From contig NC_134025.1 of the NCBI RefSeq assembly GCF_964204645.1, positions 434,001 to 498,000 of the forward strand: a stretch of 64,000 bases of DNA, in the 5' to 3' direction. Of this stretch, positions 24,511-38,500 are shown one piece after another. Below the pieces are notes generated by a model. That model was not told where the DNA came from and ran no database searches. It saw nothing but the letters and a program-made list of their open reading frames with translations. A program made the position numbers and the translations under genes. Source of the stretch: Tubulanus polymorphus (taxonomy: Eukaryota; Animalia; Nemertea). Within the stretch, counting starts at the first letter, position 1, and every line of letters begins with the position of its first letter.

Positions 24511-27500
24511 TTATGTTTTACGAGTTGATCGTCTGCCAGTAGGAGTTACATCATGACCTTTCCCTGAGCTCTGTCGTTTAACCCCTCGACTCCCGGTACC
24601 GAGTAATTTCTGTTGACGGATTTGTTTTTCAAAATATTTCGACATCGAGATTCCGCATTTAAATTCATCGGCTTCAGGTCGATTGTACTCCTCACAGTTC
24701 TTGAATATTAATCTGATGTCATCGATCACTTCAATCGTTCCTGAATATTCATATTTATTCAGTTTTGCGCGAACCGTCGAAAAATCCATTGGATTCTTAA
24801 TGAAATCGTGATAATCAGGAGCCTGGAATTAACGGAGATATTCATTAGAAATCAGACACACATTCAGGTCATGTAAACTGTACAATCATCACTTTAAACC
24901 AGTCTCAATGGTTCAACAGTGGACTTAGTCGAATTCCAGTGAGGAAAATTTTAAACATTTTGTCACGTGATAATCCAAGGTAAGTGACTATGTAGCCAGC
25001 AGTCTACCAATAGAGTATAAGTATAACTGATCGAACAATTTAAAACCACTTATGGACTTCAGTTTAATTGGGTTAAAGGGAAATAAGGAGTAAAAGTTCT
25101 TACATCACGTTTTGAAACCGGTCGTAGAAAAGGCCATGAATTCTCGTGTTTTACTAAATCAGCTAATAACGTCTGTAGTTGTTTCGTCATTTGGAATGTT
25201 TCGTTTTTACGCGCATTACTGAAATTTGATCCTAGAAAAAAAATTACAAAAACATTAAAACATCGTTAACATTTAACTGATTTAATTGTTGCATGTGTTT
25301 GAATTGAGAGTGTGATACCTTCACTAGCCGGAGTGTTCGGAGTGTTCTGTTTACTACGTTTTCCTGGACGACTTTCTTTAATAAAACTATCCGATTTCCG
25401 TTTGCCGTTTAATTGTGAACTGCCGGAGCGACGTTTCGAGGTAGCCTCCGTCGGAGTAGATCTACCCGATGCCGGTGTATTTTTTCCGGAGCCACCCTTT
25501 GAACGTCGTTTTGTAACGATGGTCTCAGTTGGAGTCGTAGGTCTGGAATCTGCTTTACCTATTCAAATAACACAAATATCAATTCATTCCTCGAGAGGCG
25601 TAAACTTTTCTAGTAAATTCTAAAATTGATTTTATTTTTCAGACCTCTGATTCTGAATCCCATCCGCGTCGGTTTCTTGACCTCCTCTTCTTCCTCCATC
25701 TCCTCTTCATTTTCATCATCATCATCGTCATCTTCAGCAGTTTCCTCTTCCTCACTACTAAAAATAGATTCACTAAAGAATCACTCACAGTTCAACACAA
25801 GGTTCTTTAAGATTACAAAATTCACGTTCGACCAAAAATTCCCCGTTCCAGGTTCTACTTATCTCCAGCACAATACCATTAACTCTAATTTCATGATTTC
25901 AAGAAAAGTCAGATTTTTTTCCCTGCAGGGAAAAAGAAATCCCGAGTTTCACGAATTTCTCTGATCTGTGAGAATTGTGCGTTAGCCGATCTAGAACTAT
26001 CTATTACCTGTTATCGCTACTACTATTAGAACTATCAGAACTATTCGATGAACTTCCATCATCTTCATCGGAATCATCTTCAGTTTCATCGTCAGTTTCC
26101 TCTCGAACTTTAGATCGTTGTTTTCGAGGACTTCGATGGTGATCTTTAGGTCGGCACGCCGGACAGAACCAATCCCCGGTCGGCACATGCTGCAAATCAT
26201 AATAATACATTATTCAGTCAATACCCACCGGTTAAATATTATAAATCACACAACATTTCGAACTCTTACACCTGATAATTAATCTCTCCACAATTCGAAA
26301 TGTTGTGTCATTTTGATTGAATAAAATTCTTGGTTTTAAAACCTTTAAATCTGTACATAGTTGGTTTAAATTATGAGAGTAAGTGATTAATTAGTTAATG
26401 GTTGTAATACCTTCATAGCTGGTTTCAGACAATACATATGATGTCCTTTATCACATCCGTCACAGAGTAACATTTTCTCAGCGTCTCCTTTCCGTCTACA
26501 GATCCTACAGCGAGCGTGTAGAGCTGATTTAGTCCACGCGATGCTGCACTCCAGCGTCGATAGATGTAAAAATATCTGAGATAAACTCATCGATAACATT
26601 AAAGACTGTTCCCATCTCTCGCGGCATGTCATCTGTTTAACGTCGTCGTTCCCGTCTAAAAATAATACCGTACAACAATACATTTACCGGGGAAACGATC
26701 AAATCAGCTGCGTTACCACGGGAACAATGAATTACCTTCTTCCATCGGTTCATCTTTTTTATTCTTTCCTTTCGAGTCCGCTTTTTTCCCTCCTTTTTTA
26801 GTGTTATCTTTATCTTCACCTGCGATGAAACGTGAAAATAGCCGCTCAATTTGTGGAGTACAAAGAGATATGAATAACCGTCATTGACCAGTTTTGACCG
26901 GTATTGACCTGGCCGTAAATTGATCATACCTAGTGGTGGAATGAGGTATTTCTCTTCTAAACACTGTGAAATCTGTAAAACAGCTCTAGATAAATCCTTC
27001 ACCACTTGACTTACTGTCGATTGATTCGATTCAGTCATTTCACTGTAAATAATTCAATTAATTCATACAATTTCTGGAAACTTTTCTTCTTTCCGAATAA
27101 ATTATATCAACTTACTCGATTTGAGAAGTTTCCATAGAATCTATTTTACCGGTCCACGTTAGATTGTCTTGTTGTACGTCGAATGAACCACTTTCAATAG
27201 CATCACGCCATTTAAATCTATTCTTTACCTGAAATATAACAATCTTATATCTCATTTCTCTGCTTCACTCACTCCACTCTTCCCGACCCTTCCCTCTCTC
27301 CCTCCTCTCCTCCCTCCCCTCTCACTCCCTCCTCTTCCCTCCCCTCTCACTCCCTCCCCTCTCACTCTCCCCTGTCACTCCCTCCTCTCTTCCCTCCCCT
27401 CTCACTCCCTCCACTCTTCCCTCCCCTCTCACTCCCTCCTCTCTCCTCCCCTTCTCCCTAATTGATGATTAATTTACCTTTAAACAGCCCAAACTGCCCG

Positions 27501-30500
27501 TATAAATTCTCTCCTCTAGATCTAACACCATTTCTCGTAACGATAATTCCATGATTTCCTGCCCGGAGTCGTTTTTCACCGCGCCTTGTATCGTGCGATT
27601 ACGTGATTTAATATTCTGTAATTTCGCGTGTTGAGTTTTATCTTTCGAATCTAAAGTAGCGTCGTTTCCTGAGTTTAACGCTGTAACCGGGCACGATTTA
27701 ACCGTTTCTATTATCTTCTCTTTCTGATCGATTAAAGCTTGTTTTAACGCGTTCTCGCGAACTCCTCGTGAGTTTAAAGCCGATAGTAACTCGTCTAACT
27801 CATCTACCGAACTCAGATAACACCAGTTTACACGTGAAGCGCGAGTGATCTGTTCGACAACTCGTCGCGAATATTCCTCTTTAGTTTCATCATTCTCTCC
27901 GCGATTCGTAGCCTCGAACGATTCGTTTTCCTTATCGCTTCCGCCATTTTTTTCTTCAGTCGGGGCAGGTTTACCGACGGCGGCCGCTCCGGCTCCCGGT
28001 AATCCGTTCGCCATATTCTCGCGTTTATACGGATTAGCGTTAATCTGCGGAACGGGATTAATATAATCCGCGGGTAGGTACGTTTCGTAGTTCTCGATGA
28101 ATAATCCGGGCATGGATTTAAACACCCAATACCGGCGGAACATTCGATCTCTACCGATCGGTAATAACGCGTTAGTGAACTGTAGATTATAAATCTCATC
28201 GTTTAATTCATTAATCCTGCGTCTGAATTCCTCTTTCGTTTCTAACTCCAACTCGTGACGTTTTTTCTCGATGATCTCTTTTTGAAATGCAGTATAAGAA
28301 TCCTCGTCGAGGTCGCGTAAACTCAGTAAATCTTTATCTTTTATTTCATCGAGAATCGAAGCTTCTTCTTGTAAACGTTTTTTATCGTTTAATCGACCGC
28401 TTTTATATTTCGATTCTTCAGTTGTCGTGGAATCGTCGCTCGACGCCGGTCTGTAAAGTATACAATACACCGAACTGAGATTGAATTACCGGGTGCGCGG
28501 AAAGGGGGGAGGGGGGGTTACCCCCCTTCATTTATAGAACCCTCACTGATTGAAATGAAAGCTGGGAAACCTGACTAAAGGAACCCTTACTCTTGAAACC
28601 CTGACCAGTAGAGAACAGTGAATGATGGAAGCTAGTTGAAAGCAGGCAGTAAGGCAGATAGGCCCGGGCGGAGAGACGGGCAGACGGGCGCGGTGGGCGG
28701 ACGTTAACTTACACTGCTGCTGATTGTTGTTGTTGCTCCGACGATGTTTTCAATTGTTCCTCTTTATCCTGTATTTTTTTCGCTTGTTCCGCTAAATTTC
28801 GTTCACGTTCTTTAGTTTTTTCAATCGCTCGACGTTTCCACCTTTAAATAAATAAACCGTTACATCGCATACCTGTCACCCCTCCTCGACGGATACTGAT
28901 AAACCCTTCCATCAGCCACCCTGTCACCCCTCCCTGACGGATACTGATAAACCCTTCCATCAGCCACCCTGTCACCCCTCCCTGACGGATACTGATAAAC
29001 CCTTCCATCAGCCACCCTGTCACCCCTCCCTGACGGATACTGATAAACCCTTCCATCAGCCATCCTGTCACCCCTCCCTGACGGATACTGATAAACCCTT
29101 CCATCAGCCACCCTGTCACCCCTCCCCGACGGATGCTGATAAACCCTTCCATCAGCCACCCTGTCACCCCTCCCCGACGGATACTGATAAACCCTTCCAT
29201 CAGCCACCCTCTCACCCCTCCGTGACGGATACTGATAAACCCTTCCATCAGCCACCCTGTCACCCCTCCCCGACGGATGCTGATAAACCCTTCCATCAGC
29301 CACCCTGTCACCCCTCCGTGACGGAGGTGAACTGGTCTCGTACCTGGCTGATGCTTCATCCTTCTCTCTTCGGACCTCATTAATTTTAGTATTACGTAGA
29401 TCGGATACAGTTTGTTTCATGCGTTCGTGATGATCGTCTATTATATCTCTTACTGCTGCGTATGTTAACAGTTGATTCATCAACGCGTGTAAAATCTTTA
29501 ACTTCTCATCTATAAATTACATTCAATCAACTATTACTGATTTCATAGTGAATTCTCCGAAATCAACCGATTTTAATCATCAGATATCCTCAGTGAGGGC
29601 TGTTTGTTATCAAGGGCGGTCCTTGTGCCACTCATCAGCAGCAACAACAACAAGACACAAAAATTCAAATTCCCCGATTAAATTATTAGATATCCTCAGT
29701 GAAGGCTGTTTGTTATCAAGTGGATTCCTTGTGCCTCTTGTCACCAGCAACAACGATAAGACACCAAAATTTCAAATTCCCTGATTTTATTCCCCCCCGA
29801 GTCAGATTTTCCCAAAGAGTTCTGGGCACCTGTTGCGAGCAAGCACATGTTCACTGACCTGGCTGTAAATCGAACACGTTATCCGTTGCTAGGGTCTTCA
29901 TTAATTGATTCTCTTGACGACGGAACTGTAACCCGGCGTCATCGTATGGAGTATAACCACCTCGCTCCTGGTAACAGAATTTAGCGTCTAACGGATTCGT
30001 TTCAGCCCCCGACGATAAGAAGTGTAATCTTAAAACTTCCGTCAAATTAAACGAATCTAAACTGAATTTCTTCAGCGGCGTCGCTGCAAATGTAATACAG
30101 ACAATCAGTGGGGACAATCAGTAGAGACAATCAGTGGGGACAATCAGTCGGGGACAATCGGAAGAATAAGAAGACAATCAGTAATGAAAGTAGTGTAGGT
30201 GTAATTACCGTGATAAAGCATTGGCCACTGAGCTGCACGTGTAGCTGATTCTACTAACAGTTTAGTTGAAATATCACTAATATCTTCATTCATATCTGGT
30301 AAATCTAAAATATTCAAACAATATTGTTAATTAATTAATTATTCATGAGGGAATCTTTACACCCCGTTCCGACTTACAAACATACCTCCTATCTGATTAT
30401 CTTTTAACAGAGCATTTTCCTCCTCTGCCTCCTCTTCTTGTAGTTTAAATATTGAGTTTAATATGAATATGAGTATATCAGCGAGGGGGGTTTGATTCGG

Positions 30501-33500
30501 GTCGGTTTCTGTTAAAGCTCTTTCTATTAAACCTGTAACAATCAATGAAACAACAAACAATCAACATTGTAGCTATTAGTAGTACCAGTAGTTTGACAGC
30601 GGTGTGTTCGGTTTAAACTATTAGTAGGACCAGGGCCTGGTTTTATAGACTGTTATTAATATCTTTAACCAGGGGCTAACTGAATTCATTCTTAATTGAG
30701 TGAAACCCGAGTTGAAGTTACGGTAATACCAGTCAATAAATCCGGCCCCAGTAGTTTTACAGCGGTTGGTTCAGTTAAAACTTACCGAATGAAACACCAT
30801 CAGGAAATGTTTCCTTCACAGCGAGAACTTCTTCAAAAACAACAAAGAATTCCAGTAACATAACGGCATCACCGAACAGAGACGTCGGTATCTTACAGTT
30901 GATCGGTTGAGGTTCGGGTAATAGCTACAAAAACAACAAACTTCACTCAATATACATTTACCCCCGACTCCTCAATAGGAGACTGACTCAGAAAGGAACT
31001 CAGGAGGAACTCAAGAGATCTACCTGACTGACTCAGAGTGGAACTCAAAGATCTATCTGACTCCTCAATAGGAGACTGACTCAGAGACTGACTCAGGAGG
31101 AACTCAAGAGATCTACCTGACTGACTCAGAGAGGAACTCAGAGATCTATCTGACTGACTCAGAGATCTATCTGACTCCTCAACAGAGAGGAACTCTGACT
31201 GACTCTGGTCCATCTGATTACGCAACAGGAGGAACTTTAGATTCAGGAGTAGAATGCTCTCAGGAGGAAGGAGGGAGTAGGATTGTTACCTGTAAATCAT
31301 CACATTCTAAATCATCTCTAGGTTTACACCATTCACGTAAATATTCAGCACGAATTCGATCTTCTTCTCTTCGTTTCTCGCGTTCCTTCAGAGAACAAGA
31401 GTAATTCAATTAGTTACCGTGCGTTGAACCGAGTCCCCCGTTACTGTCTCATCTCTCTTACCTTATCTCTCTCCTCTTTCCTCTTTATTTTCTCTTCTTC
31501 CAGTTTCTTCTTCAAATCATCACGATATTTATCTTTCATCGCTTTTTTTTCAGCCTTCAATCGTTCTTTAAACGCTTCTTTCTCAGCAGGAGTCATATCC
31601 TCGAATGTGGCAGCGCCACCTACAATACAATATAACATACTCGTGTATTTACACATATACCTCTTCCTCATCTCTGGCTCTCCTCTTCTCTCTCTCCTCG
31701 CCCTCTCCTCTTCTCTCCCCTCTGCTCTCCCTTTCGCCTCCATCTGTCTCTCTAACCCACCCTCTCCCTCTCACCCCTCCCTCCCTCCCTCCCTCCCCCT
31801 CCATTCCCCTCCGCTTCTCCCCCTCTCTCCCTCTCCCTCCCTTCCCCTCTGCCTCTCCCTCTCTCTCCCTATCCCTCTCTCTCACCTGATTTATTGTCAT
31901 CTTTCTCCAGTTTCTTCCTCTCTTTTTTCTCTTGTTTTAATTGTTTTTTACTCTTCAGTAAATGATCGACGTTGCCGCTCGTTGTAGCTGCCGCACCGGG
32001 TTTACGTTTGACTTTAGACACTGCGAAGTGAGGCGGTGGACCGGCGAAAAAACTATCGAATACCATCTCTTTCAATTTAAACTGTTTATTATACTGTTCC
32101 TGTGTAACAATAGAACACGTGGTGTTAGTTTCTCTCATTCCACTCAAGTAGAAATTAGTTCAATTTTGTTAAGAGAATCAGATTTAAGTAGAACCTACTT
32201 TAACTCTCCAAACACCATCACCAGCTTCACAATGTTGTTTCAGAAATAACTTGCTTTTATCTCGTGTAAAAAGACCTTTCTTTCGACTGAAATAATATTC
32301 AATTAAAACACTTTAATTCTCAACACATCTGAACGTAAGCATCGTCTCTCGTCATTTTCAGCCCGATTTTAATTTCCTGAGCGGAGCGCCCCCTGGTGGT
32401 CCGCTATAATACTATACATACTTGATGTTACTTGATTTCACAGTGAAGGTATCCTGTTTGCCTTGAACCTGAACTAAATAACTGTATTTATCAGGTTTCA
32501 AATTGTCTTCTTTCATTCTGAAAATAAAATTTAACGTGAAAACAGATAAAACTCTTGATCTTATTAAAAATTACAGGCTTTTGCTACAAGTGCAGGACGG
32601 GTTCAATTGAGGTAAATTGATAAAGAATATTAACATAACCCATAATTGTAAAGATTCACTGATCTTGACTCATCACACAAGGGTTCTGCGATACCCTTGC
32701 TGCCACCTATGAGACAATGTATGAACTAATAGTTACCGCATAGTTTTTTTATCATCATTCTCCTCTTCGTCTTCATCACTAGAATTTGTTAAATCGATCA
32801 GTTGTGTTATAGATTCAGGTTTTTTCTGTATAAGGGGTGGAATCACATTCAGAATACGACATGTTTTCCTACAAAAATAATCACTACATTTATAAAAAAA
32901 AGTCAGCTGAAAAAATATGGAAAATAACGACAAGTAATATTCGTCCAGTCCAACCCAGATATTGCAAGCACTGGGCCCGTGGGCTATGGATATGGGCTCA
33001 CGGGCACTGGGCATCAGACTCACAAATAAAGAGTTTGCAGGCTGGCACCAGGCACAAGGCTCATAGGCATCTTTATGGGCTCTACGATAATGGGTATTAC
33101 GGTAGGTTTATGGACACAGGGAATACAAGCATCAGGTTTATGGGCACTGGACTCACAGGTATCAGGTTTATGGGCACTGGACTCACAGGTATCAGGTTTA
33201 AGGCTAGCCTAATGGACTCACAGGTATCAGGTTTATGGGCACTGGACTCAAAGGTATCAGGTTTAAGACTAGCCTAATGGACTCACAGGTATCAGGTTTA
33301 TGGGCACTGGACTCAAAGGTATCAGGTTTAAGACTAGCCTAATGGACTCACAGGTATCAGGTTTATGGGCACTGGACTCAAAGGTATCAGGTTTAAGACT
33401 AGCCTACTGGACTCACAGGTATCAGGTTTATGGGCACTGGACTCACAGGTATCAGGTTTATGGTTAGCCTACTGGACTCACAGGCTCAGACTCACTTCAT

Positions 33501-34076
33501 ATTGCGATGATAAACCTCCACTAATTCACCCTTAAAGAATCGATCTTTAGTAAATAGAAACACATCGTCGTTCATATCATTGAGTCGCGTTCTATGAGTT
33601 AATGTCGACAGATATAAAACAGGTCTCTGTAAATACGTCGGAAATGATGCTAAATGTTTACGAGCTTTCTCTTCAGTTTCCAGCGCCTCTTGAAACGTTA
33701 AATTCGGTCGTCCCGTTATAGAACAACTCCAAACTAAACTGTTACACAGAATTATTCGCTCGAAAAATTCCCTGAAAAATTAACAAAAATCATTAGAATA
33801 TTAGAAATTTATAGTTTAAATTTATGAATTGAGAATAGATAGTTAAGCTATTTCTGAATTTTTGAATCATTTGACAACTCAATATCGAATTTGTGACAAT
33901 ATTTTGATTGATTTTATGAATAAGGAAAATTATCTTTAAAATCTAGAGGGGCCTAAAACTTACTCATAATCCCTAAATATTTCGTTAGTTAACTTGCAGA
34001 AGAAAACTTCTTCGTCCGGTCTTAAATCAGCCGGTGGTTTTTTCCTAACGAATGGCTGTCTACGCAATAACGGCAT
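24511..34076 (-). CDS. BAZ1A: Bromodomain adjacent to zinc finger 1A (ACF1), ~24 exons
   Basis: WAC domain start MPLLRRQPFVRKKPP..EIFRDYEEFFERIILCNSLVWSC; DDT (LFGDAVMLLEF); WHIM (PIGRDRMFRRYW); PHD (CRICRRKGDAEKMLLCDGCDKGHHMYC..GDWFCPAC); C-terminal bromodomain (SWPFLRPV..APDYHDFIKNPMDF). All junctions checked are phase-compatible GT-AG. Confidence 0.96.
28871..29325. repeat. 48-bp intronic minisatellite (~9.5 copies)
   Basis: CCTGTCACCCCTCCCTGACGGATACTGATAAACCCTTCCATCAGCCAC tandem within a BAZ1A intron. Confidence 0.95.
32386..32399 (-). promoter_or_regulatory. CTCF-like binding motif
   Basis: Reverse complement is CCACCAGGGGGCGC, the CTCF core consensus; similar motifs at 18354-18366 and ~23164. 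Confidence 0.4.
33131..33485. repeat. 30-bp intronic minisatellite with two alternating variants
   Basis: CAGGTATCAGGTTTATGGGCACTGGACTCA alternates with a ...GTTTAAGACTAGCCTAATGGACTCA variant. Confidence 0.9.
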
Positions 34077-35542
34077 GTTGATGGTGGTTGAGTTGAGGGT
34101 GGCGGGCCGCCTCACTCGTAAACTTTAACCCGATCTAAAACACCAAATTTACCACCAAAATCCTCGATTCAACTGCTCAAATCAATTCTATGTCGGTTGT
34201 CGATGTTTGTTATCAGACATTAGACAACATTACGGGTTTAAAATAGCGAGATTTGACGAGTAAAAGACGATATTGATGCTTTCAGATTGTCGTGTTGTAC
34301 TAGAATCGACAAAGAGCGAGGTCGCCGCGCCAGTACAGCAAACTGGTCGGCACCGTGAAATCCGGGGTAGGGGTTAATTTGAAGTAGAATTTCTCAAAAC
34401 TGAAGATACGGATCTGTTTCAAACTCCCACATCATTCGAAGAATATTATCATTTATTGATCTAGAAAGTATTGAGTTTCTTCGTAAAATTGTCTTTAAGA
34501 TATTAGCAGTAGAAAAGCGACATTTCTTTCAGCTTTGAAATCTTTCCCACATGAATAGGCGTGACCTAGTCGATCTACGATTTGATTGGCTGTCGAAAGT
34601 GATGATTGACATATTTCGGCTCCGATCGAGTATAAATTCCATAAAATACAGGGTACCGATCCTGAAAGCACATGGCCTCCATAGCTGATGTAAACAAATC
34701 GTTGTCAAAACAAAAGAAGTTTTAGGGGTGTCAAACATTCGATCTCCTTTTTCGTCACTTTCACTCGAGCAAAGCCTCGATTATGGTCTTTTTAAACCTT
34801 CAAAAGATCCACAAATAACTAATGAAGTGAAGGAAAATTTAAAAACAAATCAAATAATTTATTTTTTATTACATGTTCAGCAAATATTTACAAACAGAAT
34901 GATAAATCACATTATAAATGCCAATTTGGCACCTTTTGGGGATAAAGTTTTTTACGTGGTTGTTTTAAAAATCATCTTTAGAACAATCTATATCTTTATT
35001 ATCTAAAACAGAGCCAGGATTTATCAGAAGATAAGGGAAGAGCGATTACCTACCATAAATTTATGTATTTATTTCTTTAAAATTGATCAGTTAAAATAAC
35101 AATGTACAATAATGTAATTAATGTATCACAGTTTAACAAAGAGTTATTCTACTTTTTAATTAATGTTTAATTATTGCACAAACTCAAACACAACATATGT
35201 CAAATTACAGACTACAACTGATTCACCATGGCAACATGAAGTAACCAATGGCAACATGAAGTATCCAATGGCAACAATAAGTAACCAATGGCAACATGAA
35301 GTATCCAATGGCAAGTAAACAAACAACTTGTGACACTTTAACGTTTTCATGAATGTGGCCATGTGATTTTTTAGTAAGTGAATACAAGTCTTTATGGCGG
35401 ATTTGAATTATGTGTTACCCCTAAAACTAGGAATAGCAAGTTGACTGAGTTACCCCTAAAACCAGGAATACCAAGCCGACTAGACTCGAGTCTAATGAAT
35501 GCGTTTAACCGGTTTATGAGGTAAACAGCTACACGTCAACTG

Positions 35543-38500
35543 TCATCGTTTATCAGTTGTTTGTCCGGTAGCTGCTCTCCATAACGACGCAACAGATGCT
35601 GCAGCTGTAGACATATAACTAGCACCTGCTGTACTCATACTGGTATCAGTAGATAGTAATCTCGATGCTAAAGCCTGTGATTGAACGGTAGAAGTGCTGC
35701 TGGTGCACGATCGAGTCGGGATTTCCATCTCCGGTAAATTAGATGGCACAGTCTCCCAATCACCGGCGGTTTCATTATCATCGGAAACATCCGACTCACT
35801 GTCGCTATAGTTACTGTCGTCCAGCATCGATTGAATCAATTCATCGTTCAATTCATAATTACCGGCTCCGAAAAATAATATACTCACAAAAATTAGAATC
35901 CTGTTTAAAACAATTCAGGATCCAGTTCACAACTCCCAAGTTCAGAGTTAACTATTAAATTACAACTTTAGAACTGAATTATGAGTAACATTTTGACTAT
36001 GGGATAATAAATTATTGGAAATGAATTGACTTTATTTGTGGAACTAGAATTTGTTAAGTTAACCACTGGATAATGATAAAAGTGACAACTGAAATTTCTT
36101 TTTTTACTATTTAGAGCAACTGCAGTCCCTGATGTTCATTCATCCCCAAAAATCTAGATATAATAGTATGAATAAATGAAGAAATCCCACACTTCGAATT
36201 CATAATTATACGATCAAATTTATTATTATGAAACCTGATGAAACATTCCACCTGATGATGGCTGTTAGTCAACAGCCATCATCATTCCACCCGATGATGC
36301 CTGTCAGTCAACAGTCATCATCATTCCACCTGATGATGGCTGTCAGTCAACAGCCATCATCATTCCACCTGATGATGGCTGTCAGTCAACAGCCGCAACG
36401 TTGTGGTTTCATAATAATAAATTTGATCGCATAATTTTAAATTCGAAGTGTGGGATTTCTTCATTTATCTACAGTATACACGGATTATAGTGTTTATTCC
36501 ACAACTAATAGAATGAATGATTGATTTACCTTCCTAAAGTTGGTGATTGCAGTAGAGTAAGTAGATTATGCAGAGTATGAGTTGGATGTAGATGATCAGA
36601 ATCGACTAATTGTGTAAAACACAAGTGTAACACATTATAATTCAGTTTATACACGATACGACGAAATCTTTTCTCCGACAGATCCGAACCAAACTCGCTG
36701 AAAAACAAACATTTTCTTTCAATACAATTACATCGAAATAGCATTTATCTGTATTATACTGAGTAACTACTCAAAATCCCTGATATATCAGCAGCAGTCT
36801 CAGTATATCAGCACAAATAACGAGACAAGTAGTACTAGGGTTAACTATTTATTAGACCCACAAGCTTTCGCTACTAATGTATAGAAGCTTCATCCATTAG
36901 TAGAAAACTTGTGCGTCAAATGAATAGTTAACCTATAATATAGTACTACTCATCTCGTTACTTATCAGGGTCCGATCTAAGGAATGAGAACCACTTGCCC
37001 GGGGGCAAGCGTATCTGAAATTTTACTTGCCCCCTCCAAAATCTACTTGCCCTACACAAGCAGTCCAACTGTTGTATCGATTGGCAAAAAGCTTTGTGAC
37101 ATAAAATTGCACTAGCCAAGGAGACAAGTGATAATGATAACCTACTTGCCCTGATGAGAATATACTTGTCCCAGGCAATTGGAGAAGTGCTAAGATCGGA
37201 CCCTGCTTATTCTGAACATGGCTACTCTATGAATCTCCTATATCAGTATAATACAAGTGAAAATCAGTACAATTCATAATCTAAGAATTGTATATATTTA
37301 CCTGTAACACATTCGTTTAGGTAAATTAATATCTAATATTGAAGCGATGCCGAGAACTAATTGAGCTGTATAAGATAAAGCAGCGCTGATCGTATGAGCA
37401 GCACTTGGTTCTATTAAATCACTCAATTCATCACCATCTGACGGTTTCAATTCAGATACTGAAATATATAAATCAGTTAGAAATTACTGACTCATGTACA
37501 GTCAAACCCCGATATACCGCCCTCCCATTTACCGCCACCCCCGCCTACCGCCAGGTTTTCTCAATGTACATCTCAATACAAATACATAGTTAGTAAAACA
37601 CCCCCGATATACCGACATACTCTCTATACGGCCAAAATCATCGGGTTGACTGTATATTCCAATATATATACTGTATATTGTGCATTATGTAGTTAAAAAC
37701 CAACCACAGTCGAGAAGAGATTAACATTTTATCCTTACCTTCGACGTGATAAGCAGAATAATCACCGTTCCCAGGAATAGATGGTTCGATGATTGTATAT
37801 CTGTGTTCACTACCATTATCGATATAGATCCATTTACCTCTTACATAAGAGGTACGTCTAGCTTCAGCTAATGCACTAACTGTGCTCTGCACTAAACTAT
37901 CACCATTATCACTACAAAATGTAAAACATCATCTCTTTATTCATTAAATAACGAGTACCCCCGGTTTGACCTAATATTGACTTGAGAGTGATATCTGAGT
38001 TGGATGATACAGTAGACTCAGCTCAAGTCTGATCTTTTGACTTGAGAGTGATATCTGAGTTGGATGATACAGTAGACTCCGCTCAAGTCTGATCTATTGA
38101 CTTGAGAGTGATATCTGAGTTGGATGATACAGTAGACTCCGCTCAAGTCTGATCTATTGACTTGAGTGATATCTGAGATGGATGATACAGTAGACTCCTC
38201 TCAAGTCAGATGTTTTGACTTGAGAGTGATATCTGAGTTGGATGATACAGTAGACTCCGCTCAAGTCTGATCTTTTGACTTGAGAGTGATATCTGAGTTG
38301 GATGATACAGTAGACTCCTCTCAAGTCAGATGTTTTGACTTGAGAGTGATATCTGAGTTGGATGGTACAGTAGACTCCGCTCAAGTCCTCCTCTCAAGTC
38401 TGATCTTTTGACTTAAGAGTGATATCTGAGTTGGATGGTACAGTAGACTCCGCTCAAGTCTGATCTATTGACTTGAGAGTGATATCTGAGTTGGATGATA

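Noticed and set aside
28844-29380. Repeat ORFs RGGVTGWLMEGFISI / GRVYQYPSG
   Set aside because: The BAZ1A exon ends at a GT donor (~29343) before the 48-bp repeat, so the repeat is intronic.
31605-31987. Pro/Ser/Leu-rich and Arg/Gly/Glu-rich ORFs
   Set aside because: A CT-rich low-complexity intron plus the antisense of BAZ1A exons.
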